A stretch of 64,000 bases of DNA, taken from Waddliaceae bacterium. GTDB lineage: Bacteria; Chlamydiota; Chlamydiia; Chlamydiales; JABHNK01. The notes beneath the pieces were generated by a model. The model was not told the DNA's origin. It saw only the letters and a program-made list of their open reading frames with translations, and searched no databases. Shown here piece by piece: positions 1 through 10,156 of the stretch (the first letter of the stretch is position 1; each line of letters opens with the position of its first letter). The DNA lies in assembly GCA_018694295.1 (NCBI GenBank), contig JABHNK010000053.1, positions 833 to 64,832 on the forward strand. The letters are read 5' to 3'. The position numbers and the translations under genes were made by a program.

Positions 1-170
1 GATGATACGATCGTTGATATGTCATAGATACTCCTTCGGTAGATATACAGCTATGGTGAAGCAAAAAAGAAATTTATTCAACAATAATCAAAAACCCTTG
101 TTTTTTATCGGAGAAGAATGTATCGTTGTAAGTCTTATAGATATCGATATCCGGAGAAAAAAGATATATT

Positions 171-455
171 ATGAAGAAAAAAACACACCCTAAGTATCAA
201 CAAGTTCTTTTCGTCGACTCTTCGACGGGATATAAGTTCCTATGCGGTACGACACTACAACCTAAAGAAAAAGAAGAATTCGAAGGCAAAGAATACCCAG
301 TATTCCGCGTTCCTGTGTCGTCGTCGTCACACCCATTCTTCACGGGAGACCAGAAATTCGTCGACTCCGAAGGACGTATTGACAAGTTTAAGAAGCGCTA
401 CGGAAAAACATCGTCTCGCAAGAAGAAAACAGAAGAAGTTCAAGAAGAAAAGTAA
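171..455 (+). CDS. rpmE2: 50S ribosomal protein L31, type B
   Basis: 94-aa [21 protein letters not shown] and SSSHPFFTG match the L31 type-B pattern. Lies upstream of prfA. Confidence 0.9.
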   Translation: MKKKTHPKYQQVLFVDSSTGYKFLCGTTLQPKEKEEFEGKEYPVFRVPVSSSSHPFFTGDQKFVDSEGRIDKFKKRYGKTSSRKKKTEEVQEEK

Positions 456-638
456 AAGCTTAGCACTCAGGGCTGATACCAATGGCATGAAATAAACTCG
501 CAAATTGGCTCCAAGATTTTTGCGCAGAACATCGCGCGGAGATCGCAGTAAACATTTGTGTGTTAGCAAGATCGAGCGTGATGTTCTGCGTAAAAAGATA
601 GAGATGGATTTGCAGGTATATTTTATGGAGTTGGTATT

Positions 639-1709
639 ATGAAGGAGAAGATACAACGCCTTCTCGGCCGCTGTGCTGAGGTCGAAGAGATCTTGGGAGA
701 CCCCGAGGTCTTCAGCGACAATAAACGTTACAAAGCCCTTACTCAAGAACACTCCTATCTTTCCGATATAAAAGACCTGTGGGAACAGATAGAAAGTGAG
801 ACGAAAGGCCTCGCCGACAACAAAGAACTTGCCAAAAGCGAAGAAGACGAAGAATTCCTCGATATCATCAACGAAGATATCACTACACTAGAATCTTCTC
901 TAGGAATTCTTAACCATAAGCTCGAAACCCTGCTCGTCCCACCAGACCCCCACGACAATAACAACACCATCTTAGAATTTCGCGCCGGAACCGGCGGCGA
1001 TGAAGCAGCGATATTCGTTGGAGACTGCGTGCGGATGTATATGCTATACGCCGACAAACAGAAATGGAAATACGAGCAGCTGTCATGCTCTCCGTCAGAA
1101 GCCGGCGGATATAAAGAATATGTCATGGTATTTTCAGGGAAAGGCGTCCACAGGAAACTTCAATACGAAGGAGGCACACACCGCGTGCAGCGCGTCCCAG
1201 AAACAGAGACACAAGGACGCGTCCATACTTCTGCGATAACGGTAGCTATAATGCTAGAACCCGACGAAGAAGATGATATCGTCATCGACGAGAAAGACCT
1301 GCGTATCGACACCATGAGAGCTTCAGGCGCCGGCGGCCAACACGTCAACACCACAGACTCCGCAGTAAGGATAACACATATCCCTACAGGCATCGTTTCC
1401 GGATGCAAAGAAGAGAAAAGCCAGCATAAAAATAAAGATAAGGCTATGCGCCTACTAAAAGCTAAACTCCTCGATGCCGAAAGAGAGAAGCAACACAAGG
1501 AACGCTCTAACGCACGCTCACAACAGATAGGCTCCGGCGACAGGTCAGAAAGAATCCGTACCTACAATTTCTCGCAAAATCGTATCACCGACCATAGAAT
1601 AAACCTCACGAAATATAACCTCGAAAATGTTATGAATGGCGATCTCGACGATTTCGTCGACGCCCTCGTCAGCCACTTCCACCAGAAAAGACTGCAGAGT
1701 GAAGAATGA
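639..1709 (+). CDS. prfA: peptide chain release factor 1
   Basis: GGQ motif ([25 protein letters not shown]) and RF1-type P-x-T tripeptide (RVPETE). Confidence 0.95.
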   Translation: MKEKIQRLLGRCAEVEEILGDPEVFSDNKRYKALTQEHSYLSDIKDLWEQIESETKGLADNKELAKSEEDEEFLDIINEDITTLESSLGILNHKLETLLVPPDPHDNNNTILEFRAGTGGDEAAIFVGDCVRMYMLYADKQKWKYEQLSCSPSEAGGYKEYVMVFSGKGVHRKLQYEGGTHRVQRVPETETQGRVHTSAITVAIMLEPDEEDDIVIDEKDLRIDTMRASGAGGQHVNTTDSAVRITHIPTGIVSGCKEEKSQHKNKDKAMRLLKAKLLDAEREKQHKERSNARSQQIGSGDRSERIRTYNFSQNRITDHRINLTKYNLENVMNGDLDDFVDALVSHFHQKRLQSEE

Positions 1710-2554
1710 AGACGGTACAACAGGTCCTCGACCTCACAATATCATACCTCGAAGATAATAATATCAACCACCCACGACGCCACGCAGAAGAAATTCTCGC
1801 AGCAGCACTCGATATGAAACGCCTCGACATATATATGAACTTCGATAGACCACTGTCCGATGAAGAGCTGAAACATTGCCGTGCAACGCTGACACGATGC
1901 GGCAAAGGCGAACCCATCGACCATATACGAGGATCAGTGGAATTCTACGGAACGACAATCGCCGTAAATAGCGACGTCCTTATCCCAAGACCAGAGACGG
2001 AACTCCTCGTCGACGCCATAGCAAAAATCATAGAAAATGAAGACCTCGAAGGTAAAACACTAATCGATATGTGCTGCGGATCAGGATGTATAGGGATAGC
2101 GCTGAAGAAAAAGTTTCCAAAACTCGACGTCATACTCTCCGACAAAGAGCCAAAAGCCTTAGAAATGGCAAAGAAAAATGCCGCAAATAATGACGTAGCA
2201 GTCGCACTATGCGAAGGCGATCTTACTGAAGCCTTAGGCGATATAAAAGCCGATTATCTCGTATGTAACCCGCCATACGTCACAGAAGAAGAATATAACA
2301 ACCTCGACAGAGGAGTCCGCGATTACGAGCCAAAATCCGCTCTGGTAGCAGGACGCACAGGGCTGGAATATTACGAACGCCTAGAACAAGAACTTCCAAA
2401 TATCTTAAAACCCAAAGCACTGATATGGCTGGAAATCGGCGCCGGACAAGGAAAACACCTCGAAAATATCTTCGGGAGCACTAAATGGCATGGCGCAATT
2501 TCTTCAAAAGACCTCTCCGGTAACGATAGATTCTTCACAGCACAAAAAGCGTAG
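1706..2554 (+). CDS. prmC: release factor glutamine N5-methyltransferase (HemK/PrmC)
   Basis: Start overlaps the prfA stop by 4 nt. SAM-binding motif [10 protein letters not shown] and catalytic NPPY (VCNPPYV). Confidence 0.9.
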   Translation: MKTVQQVLDLTISYLEDNNINHPRRHAEEILAAALDMKRLDIYMNFDRPLSDEELKHCRATLTRCGKGEPIDHIRGSVEFYGTTIAVNSDVLIPRPETELLVDAIAKIIENEDLEGKTLIDMCCGSGCIGIALKKKFPKLDVILSDKEPKALEMAKKNAANNDVAVALCEGDLTEALGDIKADYLVCNPPYVTEEEYNNLDRGVRDYEPKSALVAGRTGLEYYERLEQELPNILKPKALIWLEIGAGQGKHLENIFGSTKWHGAISSKDLSGNDRFFTAQKA

Positions 2555-2633
2555 TTATACCAATTAATTCTTTTCTTTTTATATCGTTTAGATATAAGAT
2601 ATTAGTTTTTAATCAATCTAAAAGGTTTTATTT

Positions 2634-3851
2634 ATGGGCCCTATACTACCTGCAGTAAATGAAGAATTAATAAAATATTTCACAGACCACTTTGATTGGG
2701 GCCTTGTTAGGCAAAGGATCACCAAAGATTATATTACTTCATTAAGAGAAAATTTTTTTTCCGACAGAATATCCGACTGCTTGGAAGCTATAGAAGAGCT
2801 TGATGGATTTGTGAGATGCCGGGAACTTGACGACGAACTTCGTCAAAAAGCTATTTACGTATTACGTGCAGCTGTTTTTTCCAGCTCTAGCACCGAAATA
2901 GTTCGTGTGGGGGCTCTAGCTTTTTATGAGCTTCTTGATACTTTGCGTGAGATTGTGAGCGATGCGGAGCGTGGCGACGGACTTCGTCAAGAAGCTATGT
3001 ATTCATTAAATTTCTTTGCTTCTAAAGATTCCTTTCTCGAAAACGAAGACCTTCGTGAGAGTGCTCTAACAGTGCTTGGTGGGCTTATCGATGCTTTGTG
3101 TGAGATTGTGAGAATAAGTGGGCGTGACAGCTACATTTGCATTATTGCTATTTTGTCATTAGGTTTCATTGTTTCTTCAGACAACATAGTTCATAGAACA
3201 AGGGCACTAGAAAAGCTTGATGGCTTTGTGAGGTGTAAGTCTCTTGGCCCCAATCTTCGCAGAAAGGCTAGTAAGGAATTAAATAGTTATATTTCTTCCA
3301 CTTCTGACAGCGAAGAAGCTCGTGCGCAGGCACTAGCAGTGCTTTGTGGGCTTATCGATACTTTTGGTGAGATTGTGATGGGTGATATTTTGACGGGTGA
3401 GGGTGGTGAAGTTTTTTTTCGTCAAGAGGCTATTTTGGGATTAAAACGGGTTGTTCGTTACGGTGAAAAGACTGATAGAACGAGGGCTCTAAAAAAGCTT
3501 GTTGGATTCTTGAGATCCAAAGAGCCTTACTCCATCCTTCTCGGCACCGCTTCGAATGCATTATATACCGCCACTCATTCTGACAAATATTTTGTCAGCG
3601 AAGAAGCTCGCAGGCAGACTCTTGTGGAGCTTGTTGGACTTGCCGATATTTATTATGCTGAGGCTGAGGTGGATAGTGATCTTAGCGACTTTTTTCATGA
3701 TAATACTTTTTTGGTATTAAAGTATTTTGCTTCTTCTGACAGCGAGGTCGTCAGCGAAGATGTTAAAAAAATAGCTATAGAAAAGTTAAGAGTTTACAAA
3801 CAACCCAGAGTTATAACTTTAGAGGAGCTGTATGCAAGATTAAATCCCTGA
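2634..3851 (+). CDS. hypothetical helical-repeat (HEAT/ARM-like) protein
   Basis: 405-aa ORF with about 5 degenerate internal repeats of the form LRQxA..(S-rich)..AL.VL.GLIDT..EIV. No catalytic motif recognised. Confidence 0.6.
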   Translation: MGPILPAVNEELIKYFTDHFDWGLVRQRITKDYITSLRENFFSDRISDCLEAIEELDGFVRCRELDDELRQKAIYVLRAAVFSSSSTEIVRVGALAFYELLDTLREIVSDAERGDGLRQEAMYSLNFFASKDSFLENEDLRESALTVLGGLIDALCEIVRISGRDSYICIIAILSLGFIVSSDNIVHRTRALEKLDGFVRCKSLGPNLRRKASKELNSYISSTSDSEEARAQALAVLCGLIDTFGEIVMGDILTGEGGEVFFRQEAILGLKRVVRYGEKTDRTRALKKLVGFLRSKEPYSILLGTASNALYTATHSDKYFVSEEARRQTLVELVGLADIYYAEAEVDSDLSDFFHDNTFLVLKYFASSDSEVVSEDVKKIAIEKLRVYKQPRVITLEELYARLNP

Positions 3852-3864
3852 CTAGTCCGCGTTT

Positions 3865-3967
3865 CCGTGGTAAAATCCTAATCCTATCCTATACGCTCTA
3901 CGCTCTTACTATACGTTAATTTTTGCCATTCGCTCTTCCTATACGCTATAAAAAGCTCCGAACTCAT
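3865..3967 (-). repeat. terminal fragment of the A-family repeat with an expanded TATACGC/TATCC micro-repeat and a CCGAACT end
   Basis: CCGTGGTAAAATCCTA matches the reverse complement of the A-family 5' end (GGAATAGGATTTTACCACGG). It is followed by CTATACGCT-type short repeats and ends in AGCTCCGAACTC. Confidence 0.6.
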
Positions 3968-4059
3968 TAATCACTGATAATTGATATTAATTCTCTTGAA
4001 AAAGAAAGCTTTTCATAGTAGAATGTCTTCTTTGTATTTGTAGGATTTGAAAAGGTTCG

Positions 4060-5385
4060 ATGTTTGGAGCTGTAACAGAGAAATTCGGGAGTGTATTTGC
4101 TGCAATAGCAGGGAAAAATAAGCTGTCCGAAGATAATATCACCGACGCCGTAAGACAGGTGCGCCTCGCGCTCCTCGAAGCCGACGTCAACTACAGCGTG
4201 ACGAAGAACTTCATAAAAAGAGTTAAAGAAAAAGCTCTCGGCGATGCCGTTATGAAGTCCGTTAAGCCCGGCGAACAGTTTATAAAAGTCGTCCACGACG
4301 AACTCGTCGCACTGATGGGCGGCGAAGAGCCGACGATCGACGTTAAAGGCAAGCCGGCAGTGATGATGGTCTGCGGATTGCAAGGGTCTGGAAAGACGAC
4401 ACAATGTGCGAAAATAGCACATATGCTACAAGGCGACGAGTATAAGAAGAGACCGCTATTAGTAGCATGCGACCTGCAACGGCCCGCCGCTGTAGAACAG
4501 CTGAAAACACTAGGGAAACACGTCGGTATCGACGTCTTCGCTATAGAAGGACAGAAGAAACCAGTAAAGGTCGCCAAAGAAGCAGTAGCATACGCCAAGA
4601 AAAATGGCCACGACGTCGTTATCGTCGACACCGCAGGAAGGCTGCACGTCGATGAAGAGCTTATGGAAGAACTCGCCGCAATAAAAAAGGCGATAACACC
4701 TAACGAGGTGCTGTTCGTCGCTAACGCAGCAACAGGACAAGACGCCGTAACGACAGCAGCAGAGTTCGACGCCCGTGTAGAGATGACCGGAACGATACTC
4801 ACCATGCTCGACGGGAATACCCGCGGCGGAGCAGCAATATCGATAACAGAGGTGACAAAAAAACCTCTTAAATTCGAAGGCATAGGCGAAAACGTCGAAG
4901 ACCTGCAGATCTTTAACCCAGAGTCGATGGCCGACCGTATCCTTGGTATGGGCGACACAATAAACCTAGTAAAGAAAGCTCAACAGCACTTTGACGAGAA
5001 AGAATCAGGGAAACTCGAGGAGAAACTTCGTAAGGCGACATTCACCTACGAAGATTACCTCAAGCAGATACAGACCGTAAAGAAAATGGGGTCGCTGAAA
5101 AGTATTATGAAGATGCTTCCAGGAATGGGAGCGATGAAAGATGTAGATATACCAGAAGATGAGTTCCGAAAAGTCGAAGCGATGATCCTCGCTATGACAA
5201 AAGAAGAACGACGCGGGAAGGTAGACCTCGGAATTAGTAGAAGACGACGCGTTGCACGTGGCAGCGGCACGAAAATAGACGACATAAATAGATTGAGAAA
5301 GTCGTTTAAAAGAGCGAAACAATTTTTTAAGAATATGCCACATAATATGAAACAATTAGAAAAAAAGATGGGAGGAGCTGTATAA
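4060..5385 (+). CDS. ffh: signal recognition particle protein Ffh
   Basis: GTPase motifs GLQGSGKTT and DTAGR. Met-rich M domain (MLPGMGAM). Confidence 0.95.
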   Translation: MFGAVTEKFGSVFAAIAGKNKLSEDNITDAVRQVRLALLEADVNYSVTKNFIKRVKEKALGDAVMKSVKPGEQFIKVVHDELVALMGGEEPTIDVKGKPAVMMVCGLQGSGKTTQCAKIAHMLQGDEYKKRPLLVACDLQRPAAVEQLKTLGKHVGIDVFAIEGQKKPVKVAKEAVAYAKKNGHDVVIVDTAGRLHVDEELMEELAAIKKAITPNEVLFVANAATGQDAVTTAAEFDARVEMTGTILTMLDGNTRGGAAISITEVTKKPLKFEGIGENVEDLQIFNPESMADRILGMGDTINLVKKAQQHFDEKESGKLEEKLRKATFTYEDYLKQIQTVKKMGSLKSIMKMLPGMGAMKDVDIPEDEFRKVEAMILAMTKEERRGKVDLGISRRRRVARGSGTKIDDINRLRKSFKRAKQFFKNMPHNMKQLEKKMGGAV

Positions 5386-5720
5386 TGGCTTTGAAAATCA
5401 GAATGCGTAGACAGGGAAGAAGAAATCGTCCGTTTTATCGCATAGTAGTAGCAAACTCGGAATCACCACGCGACGGAAGACACGTCGAGGTGATAGGATG
5501 GTATAATCCTATCGAAAAAGAAGATGATAAAATCCTCTCTATCGATGTCGAACGCGTAAAACATTGGCTGGAAGCAGGAGCACAGCCTACAGAGAAGGTA
5601 GAACACCTTATCGCTAAAGTAGCACCAGAGGTTATCAAAGAGCGTAAGCAGAAAGCTGTAGCACGCCGCGAGACCCTTAGAGCTAAACGTAAGGCGCGCA
5701 AGAGTAAAACAACAGCGTAG
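5385..5720 (+). CDS. rpsP: 30S ribosomal protein S16
   Basis: MALKIRMRRQGRRNRPFYRIVV N-terminus. Conserved ffh-rpsP-trmD-rplS order. Confidence 0.95.
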   Translation: MALKIRMRRQGRRNRPFYRIVVANSESPRDGRHVEVIGWYNPIEKEDDKILSIDVERVKHWLEAGAQPTEKVEHLIAKVAPEVIKERKQKAVARRETLRAKRKARKSKTTA

Positions 5721-5750
5721 AACTCTACGCAGTATTTGTGGGGCGGAACG

Positions 5751-6425
5751 ATGCAGATCGATATCGTATCACTGTTCCCGGAGTACTTCGCCGGGCCCTT
5801 CGATGAGAGTATGATAAAACGTGCTCGCAATAATGGTATCCTCGATATTCGACATACCAATATTCGCGATTATGCCGATAATAAACATAACCGCGTCGAT
5901 GATAGACCCTACGGCGGAGGACCAGGGATGGTCCTTATGGCGAAACCCGTCGTCGAGGCAGTGAGAAGTGTTAAAACACCAGAAAGTACGGTGATATACC
6001 TCTCGCCACAAGGGAAGACGCTGACACCAGCGATGGCACGTGAACTCTCCACAAAAGAACACCTCGTGTTTCTGTGTGGACACTACGAAGGTATCGACGA
6101 AAGAGCACTCGGCGCCATCGTCGACGAAGAGATAAGCATTGGAGACTACGTCGTAACAAGCGGATGCCCAGCGGCTATCGTCGTTATCGACGCTATGGCA
6201 CGGTATATCCCGGGATTTCTCGGCGATGAAGATTCTGCAGAAGAAGATTCTTTCGAAAACGGAATCCTCGACTGCCCACATTATACGAGGCCGCCAGAGT
6301 TCGAAGGGAATAACGTCCCAGAAGTCCTCCTCAGCGGCAACCATAAAGACATAGAAAAGTGGAGACACGAAGAAGCACTAAAAAAAACAAAAACAGTGCG
6401 TCCGGACCTCACAGAAAAGAGATAA
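5751..6425 (+). CDS. trmD: tRNA (guanine37-N1)-methyltransferase
   Basis: MQIDIVSLFPEYF and RPYGGGPGMV motifs. I prefer the ATG at 5751 over the upstream GTG at 5736. Confidence 0.93.
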   Translation: MQIDIVSLFPEYFAGPFDESMIKRARNNGILDIRHTNIRDYADNKHNRVDDRPYGGGPGMVLMAKPVVEAVRSVKTPESTVIYLSPQGKTLTPAMARELSTKEHLVFLCGHYEGIDERALGAIVDEEISIGDYVVTSGCPAAIVVIDAMARYIPGFLGDEDSAEEDSFENGILDCPHYTRPPEFEGNNVPEVLLSGNHKDIEKWRHEEALKKTKTVRPDLTEKR

Positions 6426-6442
6426 TATAGGAGAAAATAACA

Positions 6443-6877
6443 ATGAAAAATATATTAATAGAATCTATAGAGAAAGAACAGCTTCGTGATGATATCCCAG
6501 AATTTAACGTCGGAGATACCATAAGCGTACATTACCGTATCATAGAAGGCGCTAAAGAACGTAAGCAGATCTTCACAGGTACAGTAATAGCACGTAAAGG
6601 TAGAGGGCTTTCGGAGACAGTGTCTATCCACCGTATCGCCTACGGCGAAGGCATGGAGAGATTATTCCTCATCAATAGCCCACGTATCGCGAAAATCGAA
6701 GTCACACGTAAAGGTAAAGTGCGTAGAAGTAAACTTTATCACCTACGTGGTTCATACGGTAAAGCATCGAAAGTTAAAGGCCTCATGGAAGGACGTCGCA
6801 AGAAAACAACGACGAAAAAAGATGAAGCCGTAGAGGCAGTATCAGTAGAAGAAACTACTGTTGATGCCAAAGAATAA
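6443..6877 (+). CDS. rplS: 50S ribosomal protein L19
   Basis: FNVGDTISVHYRIIEG..RKQIFTG core. Follows trmD. Confidence 0.95.
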   Translation: MKNILIESIEKEQLRDDIPEFNVGDTISVHYRIIEGAKERKQIFTGTVIARKGRGLSETVSIHRIAYGEGMERLFLINSPRIAKIEVTRKGKVRRSKLYHLRGSYGKASKVKGLMEGRRKKTTTKKDEAVEAVSVEETTVDAKE

Positions 6878-7490
6878 TAAGCGTTACGACGAACTCTCAC
6901 AATATGAGCGCGACGCTGAACGGCAAGGATATAACATCATCGCCGGCGTCGACGAAGCAGGACGAGGGCCTCTGGCAGGCCCTGTCGTTGCTGCAGCCTG
7001 TATAATACCCCCACAACACTACATCGAAGGGCTCGACGACTCAAAGAAGCTGTCGCCAAAAAAACGTAAAGCCCTATACGATCTCCTCATCGCAAACCCA
7101 AATATCTCCTACGGCGTCGGTATAATAGAACCCGAAATCATCGACGAAATAAATATCTTCCAAGCAACAATATTGGCGATGATCAACGCCGTCGATGCCC
7201 TAAAAATACCACCACAATATATCCTCGTCGACGGTCTCTCCCTTCCACACAAAACAATACCTACACAGAAGATAATAAAAGGCGACACGCTGTCATACTC
7301 AATAGCAGCAGCATCGATAATCGCTAAAGAAACGCGCGACAACATAATGCTCGAATACCATAAACAATACCCACAATACTCCTTCGATAAACATAAAGGA
7401 TACCCAACAAAAACACACGTCGCATGCCTACACGAATACGGCCCCACACCAATACACCGCATGACATTTAAGGGGCTCCGCGCCCCTTAA
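6861..7490 (+). CDS. rnhB: ribonuclease HII
   Basis: IAGVDEAGRGPLAGPVV active-site motif. Confidence 0.92.
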   Translation: MMPKNNKRYDELSQYERDAERQGYNIIAGVDEAGRGPLAGPVVAAACIIPPQHYIEGLDDSKKLSPKKRKALYDLLIANPNISYGVGIIEPEIIDEINIFQATILAMINAVDALKIPPQYILVDGLSLPHKTIPTQKIIKGDTLSYSIAAASIIAKETRDNIMLEYHKQYPQYSFDKHKGYPTKTHVACLHEYGPTPIHRMTFKGLRAP

Positions 7491-7569
7491 AAAACCCGCG
7501 CCAAAGGCGGTATCCGCCTCTGGACTCCCCAAGTAGGCGACAAAGTGCTACTGCACTTTGCTGCCAAAG

Positions 7570-7818
7570 TTATCCGCTAAATGGATTGCCAAAGGCCGTT
7601 ATTGCTAGTATAGCATGCAGCGCCACTGAGATGATAAATACCCACCAGTAATAGCAGTGGTATCTGTAGAAACGCATATAAAGTTTTGACTTGCTGAGCT
7701 TTTCAATTCTTAATCCTAAGATGCACCTGCAAGAAAATAGAATCACGATAAGAGAAAAAATGTTCACCCATCCTAATATGTAAGCGGCCTTAGCCGCTAT
7801 TAAAAAGTCTGTTGTCAT
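7570..7818 (-). CDS. small two-TM membrane protein (hypothetical)
   Basis: The internal ATG at 7818 lies 1 nt after the stop of the upstream cupredoxin gene. Two hydrophobic helices. The ORF as listed (to 7875) would overlap that gene. Confidence 0.45.
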   Translation of the reverse strand: MTTDFLIAAKAAYILGWVNIFSLIVILFSCRCILGLRIEKLSKSKLYMRFYRYHCYYWWVFIISVALHAILAITAFGNPFSG

Positions 7819-7819
7819 A

Positions 7820-8254
7820 TTATTGTACCACCATTGTTCCTGCCATTGCACTATGTCCTGAGCCGCAAAAGACATTGCACCTAAATGGGAATGTCCCTAC
7901 TTTATCAGCAACGAATTCTATCGTTACTGGCTCGTCAGGGTTTAACCGTTCATTAATATTGAAAGAAGGCAATGAAAAACTATGGGCGACATCGGTACTC
8001 GTTACTGTTATCCTTACAGTATCGCCTTTATTTACCTCTATTATCTCAGGAACGAACTCCCATTGTTTCGCTATCATGGAGAATTCCTTAACAATACCTT
8101 GTCCTTCCGATATATCTTCGGAAGCTATAACATTTTCTAGATAGTCATTTTCTGGGAAAGGTACTGGCGATGGTGGCACTGTTTCTTGCTGCTGCGAACA
8201 ACCCAAAATAAAAATTAAACCTATTCCTAAAAAAACCGAATATATTCTGCTCAT
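7820..8254 (-). CDS. cupredoxin-domain lipoprotein with CuA-type ligand pattern
   Basis: Lipobox FILGC. DVAHSF plus C-x3-C-x3-H-x2-M (CNVFCGSGHSAM) equals the cytochrome oxidase subunit II CuA signature. Confidence 0.7.
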   Translation of the reverse strand: MSRIYSVFLGIGLIFILGCSQQQETVPPSPVPFPENDYLENVIASEDISEGQGIVKEFSMIAKQWEFVPEIIEVNKGDTVRITVTSTDVAHSFSLPSFNINERLNPDEPVTIEFVADKVGTFPFRCNVFCGSGHSAMAGTMVVQ

Positions 8255-8318
8255 AGATATTACCTCTTCCTAGAGATAACCTTTTCGCTAAATAATTATC
8301 TACCTAAAATTTGATGCT

Positions 8319-8471
8319 TCTCATCTCCATCGTTTCCGATTGTGATGATGGCAGAGACAAAGCAAAAAGCGAAGACAGTTTCTGTCTTCGCTTTTTGCTT
8401 TGTCGTGGGTTTACAAAGGGATATTTCCCTTTGTCGCGGGAGGTGTGGAGGGCGCGGAGCTCCTCCACTAA
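8319..8471 (+). repeat. B-family structured repeat, copy B1 (four hairpins)
   Basis: Alignable to 29306..29450 and 52327..52476. Contains a perfect 23-bp stem (GACAAAGCAAAAAGCGAAGACAG/ttt/CTGTCTTCGCTTTTTGCTTTGTC). Its terminal CCACTAA supplies the stop of the MBL gene. Confidence 0.85.
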
Positions 8472-9277
8472 GAGGTGCACAGCACCTTTTGCGTGGTGTG
8501 TGGCAGCGCTCCACAAGCGTTGCTTATGCTGTTTTGGTATGCTATGGAGATATCGAAGGTAGAGGTTTTTTCGCCGAGGATTTCGTTGATGGTGGTGAGG
8601 GCCTTCTCGGGGGAGTTGCATTCGTCGGAAAGGTGCGCAAGGTGTACGTGTTTCAGGTCTTCGTGGTAGACGTCTAGGAGTAGGTTGCCACAGGCTTCGT
8701 TGGAGAGGTGTCCGCTACGGCTTAGGACGCGCTGTTTGTATATGAAAGGCCGCGGTGAGGCATGGACCATGTCAGGGTCGTGGTTCGCTTCGATATAAAG
8801 ATAGTCGCAGTTTTGCAGGCGGTTTTTTACTAACGAAGAAGCGAAGCCGAGGTCAGTACAGAACCCTATCTTGATGTCGTTGGTGGTTATCGTGAAGCCT
8901 ACAGGGTCGACGGTGTCGTGCTGTATGCTGAAGGGATGGATCTCAAGGTCGCGGAATTCGAAGGTGTCGCCGGTGGTGAATATCGTGAACTTCGCAACGG
9001 CGCTGAACATGTCGCAGATGCTTCGTGCCGTGTCGCTGTTGGCAAAAACAGGGATGCCCATGCGATATGCCATAATACGAAGGCCTTTGACATGGTCGCC
9101 GTGTTCGTGGGTGATAAGAATGGCATCGAGGTCGGCAATGTCGACGCCGATCTCAGCAAGACGAGCTTTCGTGGCTTTTCCGCTTAAGCCCGCATCGATG
9201 AGGATCTTAGAGTTCTCGGTGCCGAGGAATACGCTGTTGCCTTTAGAGCCCGATGCAAGGGGACAAAATCCTATCAT
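8468..9277 (-). CDS. MBL-fold metallo-hydrolase
   Basis: THEHGDH zinc motif. Start at MIGFCPLASGSKGNS (GGAAGG RBS) is preferred over the upstream ATG at 9328. Confidence 0.85.
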   Translation of the reverse strand: MIGFCPLASGSKGNSVFLGTENSKILIDAGLSGKATKARLAEIGVDIADLDAILITHEHGDHVKGLRIMAYRMGIPVFANSDTARSICDMFSAVAKFTIFTTGDTFEFRDLEIHPFSIQHDTVDPVGFTITTNDIKIGFCTDLGFASSLVKNRLQNCDYLYIEANHDPDMVHASPRPFIYKQRVLSRSGHLSNEACGNLLLDVYHEDLKHVHLAHLSDECNSPEKALTTINEILGEKTSTFDISIAYQNSISNACGALPHTTQKVLCTS

Positions 9278-9343
9278 AATACCTTCCGTTTTCAGTGATA
9301 TATAATGTATATGAAAGCCGAAAAACACGCCATATAAAAGTTA

Positions 9344-9386
9344 GGAATAGGACTTTTACCACAGAGCCACGGAGGACACAGAGAGG
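9344..9386 (+). repeat. A-family repeat, 5' fragment
   Basis: GGAATAGGACTTTTACCACAGAGCCACGGAGGACACAGAGAGG matches the first ~40 nt of the A copies. Confidence 0.6.
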
Positions 9387-9443
9387 AAGAAACAGGTCCA
9401 GTTCACCAACATAGGTAACACTTTATCAAAGAAATTTCTGTAG

Positions 9444-9472
9444 TTGACTATAAAAATGATGTAAGCTATATT
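9444..9472 (+). promoter_or_regulatory. sigma70/66-like promoter of the tetR-efflux operon
   Basis: TTGACT, 17-nt spacer, TATATT. A 10-bp palindrome TGTTGCAACA at 9474..9483 is a candidate operator. Confidence 0.45.
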
Positions 9473-9499
9473 TTGTTGCAACAGGAGATAATTGTATAT

Positions 9500-10156
9500 A
9501 TGACGAAGAAAGAGGTGGTATTACAGCATCGCGAGATGAAGAAAGCCAAGCAGAAGCTTGCTGTTGCCGATGCTTTTATCAAGCAGCTTGAGACTTCGAA
9601 GTTCGAGGACGTCATTATTAAGGAAGTATGTGTTGCCGCCGAGATTTCCGAGGGGACGTTTTACAATTATTTCCCTAAGAAGTCAGACGTCATCTTTTAT
9701 TATAGAGAGATATCTTTCGTTAAGATAATAGCACACCTTAAAGGTCTAGGCTCGCGATACAGCGCTTTGCAGCGTATCAATACTATCTTCGACGTTCTTG
9801 CTGAAGGTGTTTCTAATGCTAATGTCTTATACGAGCTGAGTTCTTTGTTTATCAGGAACTATGAGAGGCGTCAGAAGAGGACGCTTACCCCCGCAGAGGT
9901 ATGTTATATCGCCCCTGAGGTGTCGTATGACGATATCATCGCTGCGGAGTCGCTACACGGCGTTTTCTGTGGGCTTCTTCGTGATGCTAAGAAGAATGAA
10001 GAGTTGCCTCCGAGGGCTTCTGTTGACGATGCGGCGTTGTCTTTGAATGTTATAATGGCGGGAGTTCCTATGTCTATTGAAGAGGGGCGTTTTGCCATGT
10101 TGAAAAAATATTATCAGAAGCAGTTAAAATTATTATGGAAAGCATTAAAAAAATGA
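9500..10156 (+). CDS. TetR family transcriptional regulator
   Basis: N-terminal HTH (VCVAAEISEGTFYNYFPKKSDV). ATG at 9500 follows AGGAG. The ORF listing begins at a TTG at 9473. Confidence 0.85.
   Translation: MTKKEVVLQHREMKKAKQKLAVADAFIKQLETSKFEDVIIKEVCVAAEISEGTFYNYFPKKSDVIFYYREISFVKIIAHLKGLGSRYSALQRINTIFDVLAEGVSNANVLYELSSLFIRNYERRQKRTLTPAEVCYIAPEVSYDDIIAAESLHGVFCGLLRDAKKNEELPPRASVDDAALSLNVIMAGVPMSIEEGRFAMLKKYYQKQLKLLWKALKK

Noticed and set aside
2-193. 63-aa ORF at the window start
   Set aside because: It has no motif or RBS and runs into the rpmE2 start. It is more likely the rpmE2 upstream region. It cannot be judged fully because the window begins here.
4191-4958. Long antisense or out-of-frame ORFs inside strong genes (for example 4191..4958 in ffh, 13008..13640 and 13113..13709 in the RND gene, 5769..6368 in trmD, 45016..45537 in yicC, 56578..57087 in ruvB)
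   Set aside because: Each is embedded in a gene with unambiguous family motifs. Their composition is the skewed Ser/Arg/Thr-rich type typical of shadow frames.
8311-8562. ORFs at 8311..8562, 8342..8677, 29324..29524 and 52404..52769 that share peptides such as LCRGFTKG..PLSR..GRGAPPL
   Set aside because: They are translations of the B-family hairpin repeat. The similarity is at the DNA level, substitutions preserve stems rather than codons, there is no RBS, and they overlap real genes on the other strand.
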